Positions 27,301 to 51,200 of a stretch of DNA of 64,000 nt are shown here, piece by piece. The notes beneath the pieces are model-generated. The model had not been told where the DNA came from. It searched no databases and saw only the letters and a list, made by a program, of their open reading frames with translations. Both the position numbers and the translations under genes were made by a program. Numbering within the stretch: position 1 is the first letter of the stretch; each line of letters starts with the position of its first letter. The stretch covers positions 11,211,625-11,275,624 of the forward strand of contig CM082579.2 of NCBI GenBank assembly GCA_040954595.2, given 5' to 3'. Origin of the DNA: Balanoglossus misakiensis (Eukaryota; Animalia; Hemichordata).

Positions 27301-28092
27301 TTAGTGAACTACTGGGAAAATAGTTAACCACGGTGTGATTGTGGCTATTTCCCCCAACAAGTTAAATGGATGTCATGTCGAATATTGCATGTACTGTAAT
27401 GTAAACGCAACAGCGCGATCGCTATACTCACTTCCTTATTTGGGATATGACACATTTCACACGTCGGTTATGTGTATACTATTCGTGTACGCTTGTTTTG
27501 GGGGAATGAATTGTCATTGGTATGAAAATAAAAACCTTAGTGACAGAATTAAGATTCGGAAGAGTACAACCATGACTATGAAGGATTGATATTACACACA
27601 AACTCACATGAATGTTCGCTCCATCCAACCTGATTTCTCGAAGCCCTTTCGTCGTTGCTGTTGTCTGTACGTAAGCTGTAAATTTTGTTGAACAGTGTGA
27701 GCATTGTCGACAAAAAAATATTTTAGACGAGATGGAATGTACCATAACAACTTGTTCACAGTATTCTGTTATAAACACATGCACAAACTTTGTAGTCTGG
27801 GTTAAATTTTAGAACGGGATCATCAACTAGTGTTTACCGATATTTGCATATTCTCACCACAATACAGTTCAGCATAGTGTAGCTGAAGTCTTTCACTCTG
27901 ACAAGTTCACATTTACATCAGGTCTTCGCCGTATGATCGGGAAAAATCAATGTAGTGTATGTACATCATACCTGAGCTATGGGCTTCTGCCAGGTTTCTG
28001 TATGTTGGAATCACTTGTAGGAGGCTTAATAAAACCGTAAGCCACATCTGAATAAGGCTGTTACTGTGTGTGTTGCCACTGTGACCCGCCAT
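267..28092 (-). CDS. TMEM131: Transmembrane protein 131 (TMEM131 family), whole gene span, 35 coding exons, about 1887 aa
   Basis: Exons join with GT-AG boundaries and consistent phase into 5664 nt. Recognisable TMEM131 segments include EPSMLDFGEQPIGMPK, VPPGGNTTFDVVFLAR, NPYRLRPFLGARVPVN, EMYSSGGDLHLELP, FPLTQIGNSS, RNNLTILD and FTPDFT...PRPPWE followed by a TM helix and a long Ser-rich tail. Confidence 0.95.
793..963 (-). CDS. TMEM131: TMEM131 exon 34 (QSLFHGTQLWDTP...QKPE); NAGNAG acceptor at 963/960
   Basis: taatagcag acceptor, GTTAGT donor, phase 0-0. Confidence 0.8.
1324..1508 (-). CDS. TMEM131: TMEM131 exon 33 (VATSMWDTK...AAKP)
   Basis: Splice sites, Trp-motif tail. Confidence 0.82.
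1632..1827. mobile_element. TA-flanked MITE, family A (Tc1/mariner-pogo-like)
   Basis: TA|CTGTAAAACACTTTATTTT...AAAATAAAGTGTTTTACAG|TA TIRs; near-identical copies elsewhere in the window. Confidence 0.85.
2000..2215 (-). CDS. TMEM131: TMEM131 exon 32 (GAIGTKNK...PYTD)
   Basis: tttctcaag/GTGAGT, open frame. Confidence 0.8.
2704..3003 (-). CDS. TMEM131: TMEM131 exon 31 (GLQQLSIQTLEANPLL...KNKHP)
   Basis: Splice sites, conserved LSxQTLxA; phase 1->1. Confidence 0.85.
4331..4465 (-). CDS. TMEM131: TMEM131 exon 30 (...DKDSPPPLWDQP)
   Basis: Splice sites, conserved KDSPPPxWD. Confidence 0.87.
4650..4771 (-). CDS. TMEM131: TMEM131 exon 29 (STLELPYTTALE...)
   Basis: Splice sites, conserved LELPY. 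Confidence 0.87.
5334..5545 (-). CDS. TMEM131: TMEM131 exon 28 (PINLKSD...GDVLRP)
   Basis: Splice sites, phase 0->2. Confidence 0.85.
5742..6025. mobile_element. MITE family B, truncated copy
   Basis: Left TIR and centre present; right end missing. Confidence 0.75.
6192..6852 (-). CDS. TMEM131: TMEM131 exon 27 (cytosolic low-complexity region, DDSSSTTTECSNPD)
   Basis: 661-nt open exon; conserved DDxSSTTTExS motif. Confidence 0.9.
7244..7606 (-). CDS. TMEM131: TMEM131 exon 26 (FTPDFT...PRPPWE plus transmembrane helix)
   Basis: Splice sites; hydrophobic LLYAATICLMITLFMGVLMVSYL. Confidence 0.93.
7956..8048. mobile_element. Short piggyBac-like MITE (TTAA|CCCTTTCACC...GGTGAAAGGG|TTAA)
   Basis: TTAA TSD, CCC termini, second copy at 40386. 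Confidence 0.8.
8108..8303 (-). CDS. TMEM131: TMEM131 exon 25 (PNFTVKRTF...CEGYGFKVLNC...IDIA)
   Basis: Splice sites, conserved CEGYGFKV. Confidence 0.93.
8731..8891. mobile_element. Fold-back (hairpin) element
   Basis: Imperfect arms of about 65 bp (CTTTTCATAAGTCTAGC...GCTAGACTTATGAAAAG) around a CCAAT-containing loop. Confidence 0.65.
9090..9229 (-). CDS. TMEM131: TMEM131 exon 24 (NNLTILDFLLVEGQG...LQDCD)
   Basis: Splice sites, conserved RNNLT. Confidence 0.92.
9383..9578. mobile_element. MITE family A copy (opposite orientation)
   Basis: TACCGTAAAACACTTTATTTTCGCG...GTGTTTTACAGTA; interior is the reverse complement of the 1632 copy. Confidence 0.85.
9782..9954 (-). CDS. TMEM131: TMEM131 exon 23 (TSTQSS...GFTPLDEVIRTSLILIR)
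   Basis: Splice sites, conserved FTP...SLILIR. Confidence 0.9.
10118..10181 (-). CDS. TMEM131: TMEM131 exon 22 (FDPDTIEV...DLYN)
   Basis: Splice sites; phase 2->0 bridges the neighbouring exons. Confidence 0.8.
10348..10526. mobile_element. MITE family A, divergent subfamily
   Basis: CTGCAAAATGGGAAATTTTCGC...GCGAAAAATTTCCCGTTTTACAG TIRs; interior related to family A. Confidence 0.65.
10751..10866 (-). CDS. TMEM131: TMEM131 exon 21 (IEEVKIYNPSDVPLLVQLLP...)
   Basis: Splice sites, conserved NPxDVP. Confidence 0.9.
11188..11323 (-). CDS. TMEM131: TMEM131 exon 20 (...LIWPSLL...FPLTQIGNSS)
   Basis: Splice sites, conserved WPS...FPLT. Confidence 0.92.
11883..12000 (-). CDS. TMEM131: TMEM131 exon 19 (GLQWIQSL...DTGYA)
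   Basis: Splice sites, phase 1->2. Confidence 0.87.
12473..12548 (-). CDS. TMEM131: TMEM131 exon 18 (VGRVFYDAKQLCQDDCYVGLP)
   Basis: Splice sites, conserved CxDxCYVGLP. Confidence 0.9.
12785..12943 (-). CDS. TMEM131: TMEM131 exon 17 (GRLVYQSL...DPRFYF...KKNK)
   Basis: Splice sites, open frame. Confidence 0.9.
13440..13631 (-). CDS. TMEM131: TMEM131 exon 16 (LVLPPYHYAVFR...PTFP)
   Basis: Splice sites, open frame. Confidence 0.9.
13676..13847. mobile_element. hAT-like MITE with 8-bp TSD CACCTCAT
   Basis: TIRs CTGTGTGCCCTCTAA / TTAGAGGGCGCACTG; CACCTCAT at 13668-13675 and 13848-13855. Confidence 0.82.
13952..14074 (-). CDS. TMEM131: TMEM131 exon 15 (IPLYEWGCN...NTDP)
   Basis: Splice sites, phase 0-0, open frame. 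Confidence 0.85.
14400..14504 (-). CDS. TMEM131: TMEM131 exon 14 (YIVHSAEGNQINFG...NENPVE)
   Basis: Splice sites, phase 0-0. Confidence 0.88.
14718..14885 (-). CDS. TMEM131: TMEM131 exon 13 (IENFNGP...TNASVFTIPVHCYNGTLQ)
   Basis: Splice sites, conserved TNAS motif. Confidence 0.9.
15261..15414 (-). CDS. TMEM131: TMEM131 exon 12 (TLSYNKDSTMF...HIFS)
   Basis: Splice sites, phase continuity. Confidence 0.9.
15711..15922 (-). CDS. TMEM131: TMEM131 exon 11 (SVTLVRVN...IPYQAYVLQG)
   Basis: Splice sites, open frame, phase continuity. Confidence 0.9.
16459..16577 (-). CDS. TMEM131: TMEM131 exon 10 (APGIYSSLEMLDFGTLRT...)
   Basis: Splice sites plus conserved motif. Confidence 0.92.
17492..17672. 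mobile_element. Tigger/pogo-like MITE (TA|CAGTAAAACCTGTCTA...TAGACAGGTTTTACTG|TA)
   Basis: Perfect 16-bp TIRs, TA flanks; related copy at 59351. Confidence 0.8.
17682..17891. mobile_element. MITE family A copy
   Basis: Same TIRs and interior as the 1632 copy. Confidence 0.85.
17916..18069 (-). CDS. TMEM131: TMEM131 exon 9 (EIPPFQTKSVMRASF...LPVEVEVSS)
   Basis: Splice sites plus conserved motif. Confidence 0.92.
18319..18371 (+). repeat. (GAAT)n microsatellite
   Basis: Direct observation. Confidence 0.95.
18495..18575 (-). CDS. TMEM131: TMEM131 exon 8 (VTEMYSSGGDLHLELP...SFW)
   Basis: Splice sites plus conserved motif. Confidence 0.93.
18973..19095 (-). CDS. TMEM131: TMEM131 exon 7 (VFGVGIPNPYRLRPFLGARVPVN...TIQ)
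   Basis: Splice sites plus conserved motif. Confidence 0.93.
19818..19931 (-). CDS. TMEM131: TMEM131 exon 6 (LVPPGGNTTFDVVFLAR...YPYQ)
   Basis: Splice sites plus conserved motif. Confidence 0.93.
20318..20441 (-). CDS. TMEM131: TMEM131 exon 5 (PIGMPKIETVVIHNP...HFHSSFFQDK)
   Basis: Splice sites plus conserved N-terminal domain sequence. Confidence 0.92.
20585..20700 (+). repeat. Dispersed repeat (other copies at about 37222-37328 and 56100-56153)
   Basis: Shared TTCAAGT...ATTTGTCAACAATAACAGTGG...TGTTGACA...TACTGGG...AGCATGCT. Confidence 0.65.
20947..21030 (-). CDS. TMEM131: TMEM131 exon 4 (...IIIEPSMLDFGEQ)
   Basis: atacag/GTAAGT; conserved EPxMLDF motif. Confidence 0.9.
21998..22175. mobile_element. 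hAT-like MITE, second copy
   Basis: Colinear similarity to 13676-13847. Confidence 0.72.
22200..22328 (+). repeat. Dispersed repeat of about 130 bp (inverted copy at 53433-53565)
   Basis: TTTGGCAGGTCAAAGG...GTTATTGTACAACTCCAGTGCC...GGTGTATAAT matches the reverse complement of 53433-53565. Confidence 0.7.
24759..25114. mobile_element. TTAA-flanked fold-back MITE, family B (Kolobok/T2-like)
   Basis: TTAA|AGGGGCAAAGTCTCTCTC...GAGAGAGACTTTGTCCCT|TTAA; about 350 bp, almost fully palindromic. Confidence 0.85.
27118..27173 (-). CDS. TMEM131: TMEM131 exon 3 (SADGMGLPSSQSLRGNDR)
   Basis: tttacag/GTAAGT. Phase 0->2 is exactly what is needed to join exons 2 and 4. Confidence 0.7.
27608..27675 (-). 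CDS. TMEM131: TMEM131 exon 2 (AYVQTTATTKGLREIRLDGANIH)
   Basis: ttacag acceptor, GTGAGT donor, phase 1->0. Confidence 0.8.
27972..28092 (-). CDS. TMEM131: TMEM131 exon 1 (MAGHSG...signal-peptide-like segment...AEAHSS)
   Basis: agcATGGCG start, hydrophobic LIQMWLTVLLSLLQV, donor GTATGA, phase 1. An alternative in-frame ATG lies at 28131. Confidence 0.8.
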
Positions 28093-28329
28093 GCTCGCTG
28101 TCTCATAGTCCCATAACAGCAACAAAACCATGAATCCTCTGCCAGTCACACATTTCGACAACGTTATCGTTTCCGCTCAGCTTATTCTGGTTAAAATTTT
28201 GTTAGGAGATTTTTATTAAGTTATCAAAATGATATTAGACACATTCAACGTATATGTGAAGAAATTATATGAGTAATGTAAAACATAGGATCTGTAACAT
28301 TGATACTACAAATGCATTGCTTCATTTCC

Positions 28330-28690
28330 ATACAGCTACGGAAATTATGCAGCAGCGACATACGTACATGAAACGCGTTCTTTGATTGGTTGTTGAAATC
28401 ACACGTACCGTAAAGAAATTAATAATTTCTTAAATATTAACCAAGCATGCCCTTTGAATTTACACTTTCGATTGTACTAACCTTACTTACAATGTAATTA
28501 ACAGTTTTGCCTTATCGCAACGCACATTTAATTCGCACGAGGTCAATACTCAAAGATACGCTACAGCCAATCAAACCATGTCTGTTGAAAGATAGAAACG
28601 CATACACCTTCCATACATCATCATCATCATCAGTACATATGCACTTCGCGTGCCGTCGGTTCGTGACGTTACATGATCATATGATCGCAA
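28330..28690. promoter_or_regulatory. Probable TMEM131 proximal promoter
   Basis: Locally CpG-richer sequence upstream of the ATG, with CCAAT boxes (ATTGG near 28385, CCAAT near 28567) and TGACGT near 28664. Confidence 0.4.
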
Positions 28691-29206
28691 CTAAGTAAGA
28701 TGCAAGAAACAAAAATGCAGTGTACTTAGTGAATCTTGGAAATAAGTTGGAGACGACATTGTCTTATGGCCGCTCATTGACACCCGAGTGTCAATAGACA
28801 CTGTCCAGCTATGTGGCTATTGACATCACACTGACAGCACCAAGCACTGTCCAGTACAGTGCTGCCTTTGATTGACATGACACTATTCCAATTTTTCTTT
28901 CGGCCGGGTGCATGCATTTAAATCTACATGTACCAAAACTTTGTGACATAATTATAAAAAAAAAATATTTAAAAATAAATCCAAAATGAGCAAAAAATAC
29001 TTCATACAATGTATATGCAACCCAGAAAATGGGGGGAGGGTCGGTTCCACCAGCCTCAAGTGAAAAGAGGGGAAAAAGTCAAGGTAGCAGTGATGCTCGA
29101 CTCATGATAAGATAATCACCAGCAAACAACAACAACAGAAATGTAGTGATAGGCTGGTCTGAGGCTTTTTCATGCACATAATGCAAGCACATGAGTGAAT
29201 GGCTAC

Positions 29207-29396
29207 AATGAGCACGTGAATTCTGTTTCTTCCAATGATATTATATTGAGAATTGACGGAAAAAACGCTTCTACTAATGTCATTTTCATGAATTTCATTT
29301 TCATGAAGAAACAGAATTCACGTGCTCATTAAACAATGATATTATATTGAGAATTGATGGAAAAACCGCTTCTACTAATGTCATTTTCATGAATTT
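29207..29396. repeat. Local complex duplication: A-B-inverted A-B
   Basis: 26-bp perfect inverted pair (29207-29232 / 29305-29330) and 63-bp direct pair (29233-29295 / 29334-29396). Confidence 0.85.
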
Positions 29397-31638
29397 TGCA
29401 CATAGTTCAATCAAAAGTTTTTTAAATGGTTGGTTCAGAAGTATTTAGGCAGAAAAACACAACAAATGTATATTTTCAAGACAGATGTCTGGTATGAAAG
29501 GGGATCTGGATGTACACTTTCTTTAATATGAATGTACAAATTTCATTTATTGTAATGCCCACTGATATTTTGTGCATTCTGTACTTAGTCAAGCAACAAG
29601 CCTGTGTTTAAATAGCATTTAATTATACTCTAGCCCAGTGTGATCTAAGTTATCCAGAAAATTCCAGTGTACCATGCATGCCATGCTTACTACTATGAAA
29701 ATCTGTGGTTCCAAAAAATAGCTTTTTTCTAAAATAAATGCATGTGACATTTTGCTTCTTTTAATCATGCAGACACCTGCTGCAGACAAAGATCAGGCTA
29801 TTGTTTACAGATGCAGATGAGAGATGCCACCATTAGGAATGGCCAAGACTATGCACTTGTCCATTTTGATATCAATAACAGAATTTCTGAACAAATTCTG
29901 TGAAGTCAGAGTGGCAACTCTAAGACAAATTAACATTTACTGTGATAGAAATGAATATTTTGTATTATGAAATTGGCTATCTGTTTTAAACAGAATATCA
30001 GTATAGTATTTGGCCAAACCATAAAAACAAAGTAAATATATAGGGTTTGTCATGTGAGGGCAGTATATCATGAACTTAGTGTGTAATGTGTCTGATATTG
30101 TGCTTCAAAATGCATTTAAACTTTATTCAGGATGTTGAATAGGCACTAAACAGTATTATTATTATATGTTTATTTTCGTATTTACGAATTGTAAGTACTT
30201 TATCGACAAACAAAAAATTCGTTTTCTTGTGTAATATGTAGTATCTAGTGCAGAATCAAGATGCTTAGCTCGAAATTTGGGGAAAAAGTTTGAAATATAC
30301 TGGTTGAATGGTAATTTTCAAACCAACGAAACAATAACAACATCGCTAGGAGATGTCAACAAAAGTTTTTGATGGTCGCTCATAGTTTTCTCCTGGATGT
30401 GTTGAGTGCAATATGTATCGGCATTTGACAAACGTACCTGTACTGCACTTGTTTGTCTGTGCGAAATTTAGCCAAAAATTGCCGTTTAAAACGTTGATGA
30501 AGTGTTGTGAAAAATAATATGCAACTGTACAGTGCATTATGACGACTTGAATACTGCACATGGTGCAACAAGCAAACAAACAAACAAAACGCAAAGAACG
30601 GAAAAATACAGCAATGAATAAAACTGGTGAAAGGAAAACAAAATGCTATTGGCAATTGTCCAAGTCGTTAACAAACAGTGCCATCAATAAAACGTACTGT
30701 TAATGCCGATGACGCACGTATAGGTAAAGTCTCTTACAACCGAACTATTTGTATTGTCGTCATGGGAAGCCTAGTGACCCATGTTACCCAAAAAGAACTC
30801 TCACCCTTTCAAGCATCTCGGAAATGAATACATAATATGATCGTTATAAATCATGATCTAGAATCTTCCAGGTGTTTTCAAACTCATTGTCTGCTTTATA
30901 GTAGGTTGGATTTTCAAACTCGACTATGAAATATGAACTATCTACTAGTATGTCGATTCACACTGTTTTACACTAATCCCAGCCAAAATAGTACACAAAT
31001 GCATCTTATTTTCCAAACTGCGTAGTGAAAAGTAGGAATTTCTATCAGCTGTTGTATTGTACTGAAAAAGTTATTTCTTGATATAAAAGTAACATGCCTT
31101 TGTCGTACAAAGGATAGTTGAGGCCAGATTGCGAGGTATACAAAGAGAAGATTTCCGATTCATGTATACAAACGCCACAAACCACAAAGTTAATGCAAAA
31201 TATATATGGAAACACAACCACTTAATATTTATTGCTATTGTGTCAAATCGAACACCTAAAAAGATTTTGAAATGGAAGTATGAATAAAGAAGGAAGCTGT
31301 AAAACTGGACATAGATGGCGCTAAACACTTACTGGTCAGTAGTTTTATCTGGCAAACAGGTAGAACAATAATTTGCTATAAAATGACATTGGACCTGCGA
31401 GAGCCCATGGATAATTAAAATGTTCATTGTGTGTGTGCATGTAATAATAATACTGTCTGTACCAATTTCAAAAGAATGTCTGGCGTGCCTGAGTAAACCA
31501 AATAATATAAAGTCTGCCAAATTGGTTTCATAGATTGCAAAACTAAAGCACTTGTACCTTGTGCCTACCTTGCAGGTAAACAGTTACTGCAAGGCCCATG
31601 TCTGAGTTACGATAGCCTCTCAATGTATCACAGGCAAA

Positions 31639-31839
31639 TACTGTAAAACACATTATTTTCGCGAGCAGAAATTTTCGCGATATCGAGTGGCCACTGTTTC
31701 GCGAGTATTAATTTTCACGTTCTCTTATTTCATTCACTGCATCATTATCTTCAAAAAAAATTACGCGACATTTTATTTTCACGCTATTTTGGCTCTCGCG
31801 TTTTTTTTATTGCTCGCGAAAATAAAGTGTTTTACAGTA
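31639..31839. mobile_element. MITE family A copy (opposite orientation)
   Basis: Same TIRs, TA on both sides. Confidence 0.85.
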
Positions 31840-34088
31840 GTAATCAATGGCATCATCAGACTCGTATGTGATTCCCATGGCTGTTCTGCATATGTTCAAT
31901 TGTGCACTAAACTATACATGCACTAGCATAACACAGAACATATTTGAAACTGATATTTTGACGAATTGGGGGACCTGATCTGTTACCATAGACAGTATAA
32001 AAAAGTTCAGTTAAATTGTTTTCATACCAGATGCTTTATGAGTGCAACATTATTCACTGGTTAAATTCTGTTTTTATTGTAATTACACTCATGCTACTAA
32101 CATACATGTATCTCTCAACGAGGACTGATTAAATCATCCTAATACATGTTCTTCTCTGAGGCATTTCTTCCAAGTTTACAGAAAAGTATAAAAATAAAAT
32201 ACCACCTAAAGTTCTAGTAGGATCAACCACCAAGTGTAAATCAATCATCTCATTTTACAAAGACATATACTAGCACTTGGCCAGATCCAGAGCTCTTGTA
32301 TTTCACAACATCAATGGCGCAGTATTAAAACCTGTTTACATAATCAAATCACTGACCAAGAAAAAATGTTGAAAACAGAGTGACCAAAGTGATGCACTCT
32401 TGCAAAGCAGTCACACATGGCTGACAGAAATAAGAATTCTTAAAGGAAATCATTATTTAAACGTTATGCGGCAGCCATTACTTGACTGAGTATGGGCTGC
32501 ATCCATAATATTTACTGCAGTCACTGTTGGAATTCCCCCAATAATAGAGTAACTGCTAATCTACAGGCGGAATACTCAAAGGCCCACTATCTGTACCTTT
32601 CAGCTATTTTTCACTATTTTTATCCTGTGTATATCAATCTTGGTTTCTTGTTTAGCTCCCCGAGACCAGTTTAAATGTGCAGTGTTTCTTCTTAACAATA
32701 GACATTGTTATTGTTTGAAAATTGTAATCATGTCTGGAGTTGAATGCATTTGTAAACAATGATAATGGTCTCTCCACATACACATGACTTGTTAACAAGC
32801 AGAAAACTTGACATGATGGGATACTATAGGAATGGGATCAAGAAAATGTATTTGATGTACAAGACAAAAATACTGAAAAATGGACAGTAAGATCCAAAAT
32901 CATTTGTATCTTGATTACAAAAAATATTTTATTGGAAGTAGAAGCAACTTTATGTAAGTGTAGCATAAATTGCATAACTTTATTTTAGTACTGATTAGTT
33001 TACTGTTTAAGCACCTAGAGTTGCATAATACACAATATATGAGCACCATATTTTGGTGATATCCATCTCAAGTGATCATTTCTTTCAACTAAATCAGCAG
33101 TCTGACTTTTCTAACAATACTTCTTGCATGGTAAGACTTTGTTTCTGAAATACTTTGATGTAAATATACCAATATATGGAGAGAACATTGGTGGCATATC
33201 CTGGAAGTAGTTTAACAAGCCCACATAGATATGAACTGATAATCAAAGAATAGCATGACAAATGCAACTACCATATGACCTCAAAAAGTTCAGCCCCTGT
33301 CACTCACAGGCCTATGTTCACAGCACTACAGAAATAGAAACATCTTCAGCCCCTGTCGAACACTTTGTCCACAGCTCTGTAAAAAGTCATTTTCTCACAA
33401 CACCATGGAAAGTCGCCAATATTCCATCATGATTGCAGATTCTGACAAATTGTGTTCATTAACATTACAGATCAGCTTTCTGGGGATAAGGCACTATAAC
33501 TGTTTTCCCGAATACTCAATATTCCTGTCCACACAAAACTCCCTCCCTTGTTTAACAGAGTTCATATAATATTTGAAAAAAATTGATACAATAGTGAAAG
33601 GAAGACTATTTCCTCTCGAAAGCACTATTCCCTAAAACAGTACATGAACTTTGCCTGGCAAGTGTTCATATTAAGGCAAGTTGGTTATTTTGTTAAAAAA
33701 TTAATAAAAATGTTGGTTTATGTAAAGTTTAAAAGTGATGTTATATAAAAAAAATTCTAGACAAAGTATAAAACACCATTAAAAAAGAGAACTTGCATAG
33801 TGACGATAACATGTTCAAGGAAAATTGTTTTACCCACACTGCAGTTCACAAGAGAATCTGGGAAGTAGGCAGGAAGCACAGTTTTAAACTAATTAAGTTT
33901 ACAGATGAAGTTAATTAATCAAACGAGAGTGTAAATAATTCGCTGACATATCAACTTCTACAAAGTACAATATGCAAAGTTATCATGAAATATTTCTTTT
34001 GAAAAGATCTAGTTGATCCGATTTTCTGCACACCATCGAACTCATCAATCAACAGACAGACACTGCATAGTCATCAAACACACCATTA

Positions 34089-34444
34089 TTAAAGGGACAA
34101 AGTCTCTCTCTCGCAGGCCTTTTTCCATTAATTATGTTTGATACAAGACACCGTTCATGTTATTCTACATGTGAATATATAGTGAATCAACCATTCCACC
34201 ACAAACCACTTCCATCCCGTTTGTGGGATATGAGAGCAAAAATCTTGCCAAAATGAATAAATGGTAGAGACCGATTATTCATTTTGGCGAGTTTTTCACT
34301 CTCATGTCTACAGGTGGGATGGAAGTTGTGTGTGGTCGAACGTTGATTCACAATATATCCACATGTAGAATAATATAAACGGTGTCTTGTATCAAACATA
34401 ATTAATGGAGAAAGGGCAGTGAGAGAGAGACTTTGTCCCTTTAA
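34089..34444. mobile_element. MITE family B, full copy
   Basis: TTAAAGGGACAAAGTC...GACTTTGTCCCTTTAA. Confidence 0.87.
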
Positions 34445-34863
34445 TGGTTTTGGTAAATGCTTGAGAAAAGTCATTTGCAGAGATTTGATTATATAGCTAT
34501 ATGGTACACAGTTTATATGCAAACCTGTGATCACCTGTCATAATTCTAACATTTTTGCACAATATCATGACATGAAGACACACCACCATTCAGACTTAAT
34601 GTAAACCAGTCTTTTCATTCAATGTAGTGGTATCAATAAAAATGTTCAAATTTTCATGCTCATTCAAACATTTACATTGTAAATTCATTCCATTTATGCG
34701 TATATGCATTAGAGTTTTGGGAATGTATGAATTACACCAATAGTTGAATTCATTATCAACTGCAGGGTTGTAGCAATACTTGATTGCAAGTCTAACATGA
34801 GTATATTACAATAAAAAGACACTTTTCTTAAATCAGATTGTGAAATCAAAACAATTTAAAAAA

Positions 34864-35063
34864 TACTGTAAAACCTATCTTTCAGCTAGCGTGTTGTTTT
34901 AGGTAATTTAGTGAGGTATATAAATTCACTAATTTAGGATGCCGCTAATTCAAACTTTTCTCTATATTTACCATCCTTAAGGTGCCTTGATAGTTTAATT
35001 AAAAATCTCATTGTACTAAATTTGTTAAAAAAGCACGCAGCTATTTCAAAGTGTTTTACAGTG
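34864..35063. mobile_element. Old TA-type MITE related to family A
   Basis: TACTGTAAAACC...GTGTTTTACAGTG termini; degenerate interior. Confidence 0.4.
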
Positions 35064-36018
35064 ATTGCACAATAATGATGCAATATGGAGTTTATATTTT
35101 TACAACAATAACAACTGTTATTTAACATTTTGGTTAATCTGCATATATTCTTTATACTGTCATTTTAAACGCTATGAGGATCACAAAGTAAAATTTGGCC
35201 CAGACACGATAGGAGTCTTCCCACTGTGTATGGATGGTTTGATATTGCTGTTTACTTTAGAAGCCTGGAAGTTGATTTTTTTTAAAGGCATATTAGCTGT
35301 AATTTTGGCTTTAATCTCAGTAGCTTTGTTCTGTGTATAAAATGCCATTTCTTGATCTACTCCAAAAAGCATGTTAATATACCAAGTACTCCCCTTGTCA
35401 GCCTAGCCTACTGTAGGCTACATGTGTAACGACCATTATTATTGAATTCAAATTTTGCACGAAAACAAAACTGTCTGTGGAAGTTAAAAACATAGGGCCC
35501 ACACAGGCACTGAATGCCTTTGGACAAATATATGCATGTGTGGTGATTTAAAATGAATGTAGCAAGAATGAGAAGGCTACTGTAGAAGTCTAAAACAAGG
35601 CCTCCGCGATTAATGGCTTCTGATTGAAAGATATTGGGTCAAAGGTCATTAAAATTTGCCAAAAATTCATAGCAAGTTTTGATCACAAGATATTACTCTT
35701 GAATTGCATGATATTTTGGCTCAAATGTTTAAAAGTACATTGCATTGTGCAATATGCAAACGAGAAATCTTACTTTTAGTAAAACATCCCAAAATGACAC
35801 TTGCAATGATTAAAAAAAAAGATGCAAATAGCATGCTGGAGATATTTGCAAGAGTCATCATTGGAGAAAATTTCAGGGAAAGTTACCGAAGCGTTTTCGA
35901 ATAACTGCTGTCTACGGCTTACGCCACACGGCGCACACAGAGTGATCACATTAGTCCATTGACCATTGTGTGCGACTCCAACCAAACATACATTGTTTCA
36001 TATACTAGGATATTCTGA

Positions 36019-50568
<14,550 letters not shown>

Positions 50569-50849
50569 AATATTGGTTAACACGACAGCAAATTGTTCGC
50601 AGGCGATAATTATAAACGAAACCGACTTCAGCACTATTTAACCTGCATATTCCGCAAAAGCACCATTAATAAAACTCTATAAGAGTTTAAAGTTTGAAGT
50701 TCCTGGTATAGTTTTCTCTGAAAACTTCGACGGATTATTTAGAGCTCAAGCGTTCAAAAGTGACAGCAAATATATTTTCACATTGCTGAATGTTAAGGGC
50801 ATATCACAAATGTCAAAAAGTTTTGAGAAATCGGACATTTACAGCTTGT

Positions 50850-51200
50850 TCCGAATGTAAGCTTATAAAATTGAGACGAAATATCCGTACACACTTCCGG
50901 GTATAATAAGTTCTGTAATCGAGTGAACGAGCGGCTTTGGTCATAAGACCAACACACGGCACTGCTTACTTCAACGTGATAACCGACTTGAATTCTGGTC
51001 CTCACATTTCAGATCGTAATTTTGACGGGAGTACAACTACAAGTAAAGTTTCGCCACACACAAATTAGTGTAGTAGAGTCTCCAGCTCCAGGAAGGAACT
51101 TGAAATCTGACCTCTTGACCTTCGGGGTTACAAGGGATGCTGGGTAATCAGTCTGTGTTTCTAGGCACTGTGTAACTAATATTTGTGGGTAAGAGCTTCC
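50850..51200. promoter_or_regulatory. Probable bidirectional promoter between the Tec kinase and MED7
   Basis: Lies between divergent starts. CACTTCCGG ETS/GABP site at 50892-50900, ACTACAA near 51036, and a ZNF143/Staf-like TACCCAGCATCCCTTGTA on the minus strand at 51129-51146. Candidate 5'UTR donors point both ways (minus GTAAGC near 50969; plus GTAAGA near 51189). Confidence 0.6.

Noticed and set aside
28700-35900. Additional protein-coding gene between TMEM131 and the kinase
   Set aside because: No chain of phase-compatible exons or recognisable domains; the listed ORFs are short, AT-biased or MITE-derived. Part of the region is probably the kinase 3'UTR.
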